A DNA stretch of 32,000 bases from Phycisphaera mikurensis NBRC 102666 (lineage in GTDB: Bacteria > Planctomycetota > Phycisphaerae > Phycisphaerales > Phycisphaeraceae): NCBI RefSeq assembly GCF_000284115.1, contig NC_017080.1, positions 570,001-602,000 of the forward strand. Reading direction: 5' to 3'. Of the stretch, positions 25,450 to 32,000 are shown piece by piece. Below the pieces are notes generated by a model. The model was given only the letters and a program-made list of their open reading frames with translations, made no database searches and was not told where the DNA came from. Position 1 is the first letter of the stretch, and each line of letters starts with the position of its first letter. The position numbers and the translations under genes were made by a program.

Positions 25450-26469
25450 TCATCCCGCGTCGGGGGCCGCCGCGGGCGGGCCCTCCCGCGGCAGGCGGAT
25501 CTGGAACGACGTCCCGCGGCCCGGCTCGCTGTCGACCGTCAGCGTCCCGCCGTGGAGCTCGACGATGCGGCGGGAGGTGGGCAGGCCCAGGCCGGTTCCG
25601 CCGCGGCGGCCGGAGTGGTAGGGCTCGAAGATGCGCTCCAGCGCGTCCGCGGCGATGCCCGGGCCGTTGTCGATGACCTCCAGGAGGACGCTCCGGGCGT
25701 CCGCGGGGTCGTCGCCGGTCCGCACGAGCAGCTCCCGCGCGGCGGCGGGGCCCTCCGCGCCGCGGCCGCCGCCGGGTGCCATCGCCTGCACCGCATTCAT
25801 CAGGAGGTTCAGGAGCGCCTGCTTCAGGAGCGCCCCGTCCGCGCGCAGCGGCCGGCCGCGGTTGCCGGGGTCGGTCCGCAGCCGCACCCCCCGCGCCTCG
25901 GCCTCGGGGTGGAAGAAGTCGACCAGCTCACCGACGACCCGGTCGGGATCGGTCGCGTTCAGGTCGAGCCGGATGCGGCCGGCGAAGCGGAGGAAGTCGT
26001 CGAGGATGTCGCGGAGGCGGGCGGTCTCGCGGTGGACGCCGTCGAGGCGCCGCTGGATGCGCTGCAGGCCGGCGAGGGCCTCGTCGCCGCCGGCCACGCC
26101 GCCCCCCGACGCGAGCAACCCGCCGACCTGGGCGACGTCCTCGCGGAGCAGCTGGACGTTGAGCCCGATGGTCGAAAGCGGATTCTTGATCTCGTGCGCC
26201 AGGCCGCCGGTCATGCGGCCGACCTCCGCGAGCCGGCGGTCGAGCCGGGCGCTGTCGCAGCGCGGGCCGCCGGCGCCGGCGGCTTCGGGCGCGGCGTTGC
26301 CGGGCCGCTCCGGCTCGGCGCGGGTTGCCGCCGCCGCCGCGGATCCCCCCGCCGGCGCAGACGCCCCGCGGCGGCGGAGGCGGGGCGTGAGGCACGCCCC
26401 CGCCGCCGCCCCGGCCGCAAACGCCGCGGCCAGCGCCGCCAGCGCAATCGGGAGAGCGAGATCCGCCAT
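25450..26469 (-). CDS. Membrane-anchored sensor histidine kinase
   Basis: GLAHEIKNPLSTIGLNVQLL (DHp), NLLMNAVQAM, VIDNGPGI, GTGLGLPTSRRIVELHGG; single N-terminal TM. Confidence 0.93.
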   Translation of the reverse strand: MADLALPIALAALAAAFAAGAAAGACLTPRLRRRGASAPAGGSAAAAATRAEPERPGNAAPEAAGAGGPRCDSARLDRRLAEVGRMTGGLAHEIKNPLSTIGLNVQLLREDVAQVGGLLASGGGVAGGDEALAGLQRIQRRLDGVHRETARLRDILDDFLRFAGRIRLDLNATDPDRVVGELVDFFHPEAEARGVRLRTDPGNRGRPLRADGALLKQALLNLLMNAVQAMAPGGGRGAEGPAAARELLVRTGDDPADARSVLLEVIDNGPGIAADALERIFEPYHSGRRGGTGLGLPTSRRIVELHGGTLTVDSEPGRGTSFQIRLPREGPPAAAPDAG

Positions 26470-26603
26470 GGGGCGTAAGGTAGAAACGGCCCGCGTCCGG
26501 CCGCTCGCGGGCCGGCCGCGCCGCCGGTGCACGCACCCGCCGGCCGGCGTCTCGCCCCCTTCTGGCCCGGCTCCCGCCGCTTCTCTCCCCTCGCCCGCCG
26601 TTC

Positions 26604-28091
26604 ATGGCCCCGCCCCCGACCGCCCGATCGCTCACCCGCTGGCGTCCGCTGGACACGCTCTCGGTGGGCGGCTGGACGATCCTCGTCATCGCCGCGCTGA
26701 GCTCGGTCGCCATCGCGGCCTGGCCGGTGGCCACCCGCGACGGGCTGCAGATGTGGATCTTCGCGAAGAACCACCAGGTGCTCTACGAGCCGATGTTTGC
26801 CGAGCGGAACCTCCGGGCCGCCGAGGATCCCGACCAGGAGGCGGTGGTCTCGACGCTGCTCGACGGCTCGGCGATGCTGCGCCGCTTGCTCGCGGGCTTC
26901 TGGGGCGACACGCCGCTGCCGGACATGGTCGAGGTGGAGACCAACATGATGTCGCGCTTCACCAGCGGCCCGCTGGAGAGCATGGGCTTCGTGGACCTCA
27001 CCGACCGCCTCCGAGCGGAGGGGCTCGACGAGCGGATCAACCCGCCGTCGTTCACCCCCTGGACGACCCGCGGGCGGATCTTCGGGATCCCGCACGACGT
27101 GCACCCCACGGCGCTGGCCTACCGCGCCGACCTCTTCGCCGAGGCCGGCATCGACGTGGACGCGATCGAGACCTGGGACGACTTCGAGCGGCTGACCCAG
27201 CCGCTGCTCGCCGACGACGACGGCGACGGCGAGCCGGACCACTACCCGCTCGCGATCTGGTACAGCGACATCGGCACGATCGAGACGCTGCTCTTCCAGG
27301 CCGACGGCGGGTACTTCAGGCCCGACGGGACCCCGGCGCTGGACCGCGCGGCGAACGCGAGCGTCGTGGCGCGGGTGGTCGGCTGGTGCTTCGGCGAGGA
27401 CCGCATCGCCATCGACGCGCCCAAGTTCACCTTCTCGGGCAACCAGCTGAAGCTGCAGGGCCGGGTGGCTTGCGAGATCATGCCCGACTGGCTCATCGGC
27501 GTCTGGAAGCGCGAGCTGCCCGGGCTCGGGGGCAAGTTCAAGCTGATGCCGCTGCCGGCGTGGGAGCCCGGCGGCCGGCGGATCAGCGTGATGGGCGGCA
27601 CGATGCTCGGCTTCCCGAAGCGGACGCTTCGCAGCCGCGGCGATGGATCCGGCGAGCCGAGCTTCGAGGCCGCCTGGTCCTTCGCGATGGACCTGTACTT
27701 CGATCGCGACTACGCCCAGCGGCTCTACGAGAGCACCAGCATCATCTCCCCGCTCACCGACCTCTGGAGCGAGTCCTTCTACCACGAGCCCGACCCCTTC
27801 TTCGGCGGCCAGCGGGTCGGCACGCTGCTGCTCGGGCTGGCCCCCGACGTGCCCGCGCGGGTGCCCTCGCCCTTCATCGAGGCGGCGCGGCTGCGGATGA
27901 CCGAGGTGCTCGGCGCCGTGTACCGCCACGCCGAGGCCACGGGCGCCCACGACGCGGCCACGCTGGAGCCGCTGGCGATGGAGCTGCTCGCGGAGGCGCA
28001 AGCCCGGCTGGCGGAGGAGATGAGCCGCAACGTGTTCCTGCAGGCCGGCGCCGCCGGACCCGCCGCCGCCGCGGGAGGAGCCGTCCCTTGA
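26604..28091 (+). CDS. Sugar ABC transporter substrate-binding protein with N-terminal TM anchor
   Basis: ILVIAALSSVAIAAWPV TM; YRADLFAEAGIDVDAIETWDDFERLTQPLL; EIMPDWLIGVWK; directly precedes two permeases. Confidence 0.85.
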   Translation: MAPPPTARSLTRWRPLDTLSVGGWTILVIAALSSVAIAAWPVATRDGLQMWIFAKNHQVLYEPMFAERNLRAAEDPDQEAVVSTLLDGSAMLRRLLAGFWGDTPLPDMVEVETNMMSRFTSGPLESMGFVDLTDRLRAEGLDERINPPSFTPWTTRGRIFGIPHDVHPTALAYRADLFAEAGIDVDAIETWDDFERLTQPLLADDDGDGEPDHYPLAIWYSDIGTIETLLFQADGGYFRPDGTPALDRAANASVVARVVGWCFGEDRIAIDAPKFTFSGNQLKLQGRVACEIMPDWLIGVWKRELPGLGGKFKLMPLPAWEPGGRRISVMGGTMLGFPKRTLRSRGDGSGEPSFEAAWSFAMDLYFDRDYAQRLYESTSIISPLTDLWSESFYHEPDPFFGGQRVGTLLLGLAPDVPARVPSPFIEAARLRMTEVLGAVYRHAEATGAHDAATLEPLAMELLAEAQARLAEEMSRNVFLQAGAAGPAAAAGGAVP

Positions 28092-29089
28092 GCGAGGCCT
28101 CTCCCCCCGGTTCCGCGGGCGGCGGCCCGGTCGCCGCGACGCCGACGGCGGTCGGCGTCGCGGCCGAGCCGGCGGCCGCGGCGGCGCCGGCCCGCAGAAG
28201 CCGCTCCACCGCCTGGGCCGGCTACTTCTTCGTGGCGCCGTTCGTGCTCCTCTTCGGGGTCTTCATCCTCTACCCGCTGGCGTCGTCGCTGCTGCTGGTG
28301 ACCCAGCAGACCAGCGGGCCCAACGACCGCGTCTACGTGGGCCTGGCGAACTTCGGCTGGCTGCTCTCCGACCCCGAGTTCCACCTCGCGGTGAAGAACT
28401 CGCTGCTCTTCACGCTCGGCTCGGTGGGGCTGCAGATCCCCGCGGCGTTGGGCTTGGCGATCCTGCTCAACCGGCCCGGGCTCCGGGGCCGCTCGGTCTT
28501 CCGGCTGATCTTCTTCGCGCCGATCCTGGTCGGCCTCGCCTTCGTGGCGGTGCTGTTCAGCCTCATCTTCGAGAAGAACACCGGGCTCCTGAACATCCTG
28601 CTCCACGGCCTCTCCGACTTCGTGCCCGGGTGGACGCACAGCATCGAGTTCCCCTGGCTGCAGGAGTACGGGCTGTGGGCGATCATCCTCGCGGCCTTCT
28701 GGCTGTCGACCGGCTACCACATGATCTACTTCCTCGCGGCGTTGCAGAACGTGAGCCGCGACCTGCTCGAGGCCGCCGAGATCGACGGCGCCGGCGCCTG
28801 GTCGCGCTTCGTGCACGTGACGGTGCCGGCGATCCGGCCCATCGCGACGTTCATCATCCTGCTCTCGTTCATCGGCAGCGTGCAGCTCTTCGAGCTGCCC
28901 TTCCTCCTGCTCGGACCCGGCGGCGGCCAGGAGGGCCGCGGCCTGACGGTGGTGATGTACCTCTACAACAAGGGCTTCGACGTCGGCGACCTGGGGATGA
29001 GCAGCACCGTGGGCTGGGTGATCTCGCTGTTCCTGCTGCTGGCCGCCGCGGCCCAGAAGCTGCTCGGCGACGCGGGGGGGCGGCGGTGA
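28088..29089 (+). CDS. Sugar ABC transporter permease (MalF/UgpA type)
   Basis: TTG start overlaps upstream TGA; YFFVAPFVLLFGVFILYPLASSLLL; EAAEIDGAGAWSRFVHVTVPAIRPI (EAA loop). Confidence 0.93.
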   Translation: MSEASPPGSAGGGPVAATPTAVGVAAEPAAAAAPARRSRSTAWAGYFFVAPFVLLFGVFILYPLASSLLLVTQQTSGPNDRVYVGLANFGWLLSDPEFHLAVKNSLLFTLGSVGLQIPAALGLAILLNRPGLRGRSVFRLIFFAPILVGLAFVAVLFSLIFEKNTGLLNILLHGLSDFVPGWTHSIEFPWLQEYGLWAIILAAFWLSTGYHMIYFLAALQNVSRDLLEAAEIDGAGAWSRFVHVTVPAIRPIATFIILLSFIGSVQLFELPFLLLGPGGGQEGRGLTVVMYLYNKGFDVGDLGMSSTVGWVISLFLLLAAAAQKLLGDAGGRR

Positions 29090-30045
29090 GCCCGGCCCGC
29101 ACCCCCGGCCCCCGCGTCCCGCCGGCCGGCGCCCCCGGCTCGCTCCCGGAGGCGTCGCCGCCCCCCGCTGCGCCGCCGCACGACCCGCGGGCGGCCCGGG
29201 ACCGCTGGGTGCTCGCGCTGGTTTACGCGGTGCTTTCGGTGGCGGCGGTCGTCACGCTGATCCCCTTCGCGTACCTGATCTTCTCGTCGTTCAAGACCGA
29301 GGGCAGCTTCAGCTCCGGGCCCTTCTGGCCGGTGGGCGGCGGCGGGCCCTTCGACGTCGACTGGAGCGGCTTCACGCTCGACAACTACGCGAAGCTCTTC
29401 GGCGAGGCGAACGTCTTCCGGGCGATCGTCAACTCCTTCTTCTACGCGTCGGTCTCGGCGGTGCTCGGCACCCTGGGGGCGGCGATGGGCGGCTATGCGC
29501 TGGCGAAGCACCGCTTCGTCGGCCGCGGCGTCATCGATTCGGTGGTCCTGCTGGCGCTGGTGATCCCCGGCGCCCTGCTGATCGCGCCGGGGTACCAGCT
29601 GCTCTACCAGCTCGGCCTGCTGGACACCTACGCGGGGCTCATCCTCCCCGGCGTGGCCCCCGCGTTCGGCGTGTACCTCTTCCGGCAGGCGATGATCACC
29701 AGCCTGCCCGACGAGATGATCGAGGCGGCCCGGATCGATGGCTGCGGCGAGATCCGCATCTTCTTCATCATGGCGCTGCCGATGGTCCGCCCGATGATCG
29801 GCGCCTTCCTCCTGCTCACCTTCCTGGGGGCCTGGAACAACTTCATCGCCCCGCAGATCATCCTCGCCAGCCCCGAGAAGTTCCCCCTCTCGGTGTTCAT
29901 CGCGCAGCTCAAGGGCGTGTACGGGACGGACTACGGGCTGCTCACCGCGGGCACGCTGGTGGCGATCCTGCCGATCCTCGTGCTCTTCCTGCTGCTGCAA
30001 AAGGAGTTCATCAGCGGGCTGACCTCCGGCGCCGTGAAGGGCTGA
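29086..30045 (+). CDS. Sugar ABC transporter permease (MalG/UgpE type)
   Basis: GTG overlaps upstream TGA; LIPFAYLIFSSFKT; EAARIDGCGEIRIFFIMALPMVRPMIG. Confidence 0.93.
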   Translation: MSPARTPGPRVPPAGAPGSLPEASPPPAAPPHDPRAARDRWVLALVYAVLSVAAVVTLIPFAYLIFSSFKTEGSFSSGPFWPVGGGGPFDVDWSGFTLDNYAKLFGEANVFRAIVNSFFYASVSAVLGTLGAAMGGYALAKHRFVGRGVIDSVVLLALVIPGALLIAPGYQLLYQLGLLDTYAGLILPGVAPAFGVYLFRQAMITSLPDEMIEAARIDGCGEIRIFFIMALPMVRPMIGAFLLLTFLGAWNNFIAPQIILASPEKFPLSVFIAQLKGVYGTDYGLLTAGTLVAILPILVLFLLLQKEFISGLTSGAVKG

Positions 30046-30098
30046 GGCCGCGAGACGCCGGCCCGAAGAGGCGGTGGGCGACCGCGTAACCTCCGCCG

Positions 30099-32000
30099 AT
30101 GCACGCGGCCCTCGATTGGCTTCTGGGCCTCGGCGGCGGGCTGTCGACCCGCGAGGGCGGCCTGGAGCTCCAGGCGGCGCTGCCGGCTTGGGCCTGGGTG
30201 GCGGTGGTCGCGGCGGCGGCGGGGCTGGGCGTGCTGGCCTACCGCCGGGTGCCCGGCGCGGCCGCGCCGCGGGCCTTGGCCGCGGCCCTGCGGGCCCTCG
30301 CGCTGCTCGCGGTGGTCGTGCTGCTCTGCGGCCCGAGCTGGATCCAGCGGCGCGAGAAGGTGGAGCCGGACCGGGTCGTGCTGCTGATCGACCGCTCGGC
30401 GTCGCTGCTGACCGAGGACGCGGAGGCGCCGGCGTCGCTGGGTCTCGGCGACCGGGCCGATCCCGCGAGCGAGGCCCGCCGCTCGCGCGACGCGGCGCTG
30501 CGGGAGCGGCTTGCCGCGGACGGCCCGGCGATCGCGGCGTTGGAGGGCCCGCGGCGGCGGGTGCGGTGGCTGGGCTTCGGCGGCGGCGTCTTCCCGCTGC
30601 AGGGCGGAAGCGGGGGCGGGGGCGTGCCGGATCCGGGGCCGGCGGAGCGGGAGGCGACCGGCGTGCTCGCGGCGGTGCTCGAGGCGGCGGCGGACCCTTC
30701 GGGCGCGCCGGTGGCGGCGGTGATCCTGATGTCCGACGGGCGCAGCCGCGAGGCCATCGGGCCGGCCGCGGAGGCGCGGCTGGCGGAGGCGGGCGTGCCG
30801 GTCTTCGCCGTGCCGCTGGGCCCGGGCGGGGCCGCGCCCGACGCGTCGGTCGGACCCGTGGCCGCGCCGCCGCGGGCCTTCCGCGGCGACCGCGTGCCCG
30901 TGAGCGTGGAGGTGCAGGGGCTGGCGAGCGTCCCGCCGGGCGCGGGGGTGGTGGTGCGGTTGCTCGAGCCGGCGCCCGGCGGCGCGGACGCGGCGCCGGC
31001 GGTGCTCGACGAGCGGCGGGTCGACGCGGCTTCGCTCGCCGCGGCCGGCGGACGCGTCCGGCTGCGGGGCCGGGCCGCCGAGCCGGGCCGGCGGGCGTGG
31101 GAGGTGCGGGTCGAGCCTCTCGACGGCGAGCGGAACACCGCGAACAACCACCGGCCCGTCGCCGTGGAGGTGCTCGACCGGCCGCTCCGGGTGCTCTACG
31201 CCGAGGGCCCGCCGCGGTGGGAGTACCGGTACCTCAAGAACCTGCTGCTGCGGGAGGCCTCCGTCGAGGTGAGCGTGCTGCTGTTCTCGGCGGACGCCGG
31301 CTTCGCGCCCGAGGGCGATGCACGCATCGGCCGCTTCCCGGTCGACGCCGCCGAGCTCGCGGCCTACGACGTGGTGGTGGTCGGCGACGTCGAGCCGGGC
31401 TACCTCTCCGAGGCGCAGGAGCGGCTGATCGTCGACCGCGTGAGCGACGGCGGGGCGGGCGTGCTGTTCATCGGCGGGCCGCGGCGGATGCCGGCGGCCT
31501 GGGCGGGCCGCCCGCTCGCGGCGCTGCTGCCGCTGGCCGATCCGGGTGCGGTGACGCGGGCGCCCGGCGAGGCCTTCGGCGTCCGCACCGGCCCGCTCGC
31601 GGAGTCGCTCGCCGTGCTGGACCTCGTGGGGGACGATGCCGCGGACCGCGAGGGGCTTCCGGCCCGCGAGGCCGCGGTCCGCGGCGTGCTGCCGCTGCCG
31701 GAGCTGCGGTACGCGCAGCGGCTCGGGCCGCTCAAGCCGCTGGCGGAGACGCTCGCCAGCTGGCAGCGGGTGGGGGACGGGTCCGGCTCCGGCGACGCAC
31801 CGGCCTCCGGCCCGCTGGTCGTGCGGATGCGGGCCGGGGCGGGGCAGGTGCTGTACACCGGCACCGACGACGCCTGGGCGTGGCGGCGCGGCGTGGGCGA
31901 ACGCTACCCGGAGCGGTACTTCCTGCAGATGATCCGGCTGCTCGGCCGCGGCGTCGCCGGCACCGGCGACGGGCCCGCGGAGCTCGCCGTCGCCGACCGG
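30099..32000 (+). CDS. Membrane protein with VWA-like and class-I glutamine amidotransferase-like regions, runs off window end
   Basis: Reads MHAALDWLLGLGGGLSTREGG... two TMs, DRVVLLIDRSASLLTED, AVILMSDGRSREAIGPAAEARLAEAGVPVFAVPLG, LRVLYAEGPPRWEYRYLKNLLLREASVEVSVLLFSADAGF. Confidence 0.8.
   Translation, partial: MHAALDWLLGLGGGLSTREGGLELQAALPAWAWVAVVAAAAGLGVLAYRRVPGAAAPRALAAALRALALLAVVVLLCGPSWIQRREKVEPDRVVLLIDRSASLLTEDAEAPASLGLGDRADPASEARRSRDAALRERLAADGPAIAALEGPRRRVRWLGFGGGVFPLQGGSGGGGVPDPGPAEREATGVLAAVLEAAADPSGAPVAAVILMSDGRSREAIGPAAEARLAEAGVPVFAVPLGPGGAAPDASVGPVAAPPRAFRGDRVPVSVEVQGLASVPPGAGVVVRLLEPAPGGADAAPAVLDERRVDAASLAAAGGRVRLRGRAAEPGRRAWEVRVEPLDGERNTANNHRPVAVEVLDRPLRVLYAEGPPRWEYRYLKNLLLREASVEVSVLLFSADAGFAPEGDARIGRFPVDAAELAAYDVVVVGDVEPGYLSEAQERLIVDRVSDGGAGVLFIGGPRRMPAAWAGRPLAALLPLADPGAVTRAPGEAFGVRTGPLAESLAVLDLVGDDAADREGLPAREAAVRGVLPLPELRYAQRLGPLKPLAETLASWQRVGDGSGSGDAPASGPLVVRMRAGAGQVLYTGTDDAWAWRRGVGERYPERYFLQMIRLLGRGVAGTGDGPAELAVADR
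31639..31684. repeat. 46-bp palindromic element, copy 4, inside the VWA-like CDS
   Basis: CCGCGGACCG - 26 nt - CGGTCCGCGG. Confidence 0.7.

Noticed and set aside
25631-28087. Upstream part of the 1152-aa plus-strand ORF 25631..29089
   Set aside because: Only the last ~333 aa (from TTG 28088) match a permease; the rest is antisense to the histidine kinase and out of frame with the substrate-binding protein.
1-32000. tRNA or rRNA genes
   Set aside because: No cloverleaf-like or conserved rRNA sequence recognised by eye; tRNAscan-SE and Infernal would be needed to exclude them fully.

Overview
High-GC window, most likely from a Phycisphaerae-type planctomycete (inference from the LEPR-XLL-like motif, S1-type sulfatase and GC content). 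Left flank: partial secreted protein, sulfatase, yicC, secG, tpiA, then a 6.6-kb gene for a giant surface protein with LEPR-XLL-like N-terminus, LamG-like region, delta-60-like repeats and Ca-binding DxDxDG repeats. Its C-terminal region has a PD-(D/E)xK-like core and it overlaps a small partner gene by GTGA. Centre (about 11.6-20.3 kb) is an accessory island. It holds two near-identical REP-associated tyrosine transposase (RAYT)-like genes and a third truncated copy. It also holds eight exact copies of a 26-bp REP-like repeat, two lower-GC orphan 'tail + partner' gene pairs resembling toxin/immunity cassettes, and an IS256-family transposase. Inverted copies of a GGTGACAGCCA-type sequence lie at both edges. 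Right flank: a four-gene operon (HEAT-like protein, membrane protein, CYTH protein, TPR-YggX-like fusion), a conserved hypothetical, a lipoprotein, a histidine kinase, a sugar ABC transporter (substrate-binding protein + 2 permeases) and a VWA/BatA-like membrane protein running off the end. Independently, four copies of a 46-bp element (10-bp perfect inverted repeats CCGCGGACCG/CGGTCCGCGG, spacer exactly 26 nt) occur across the window, three intergenic and one intragenic. All family calls are by eye from protein motifs; no database search was run.
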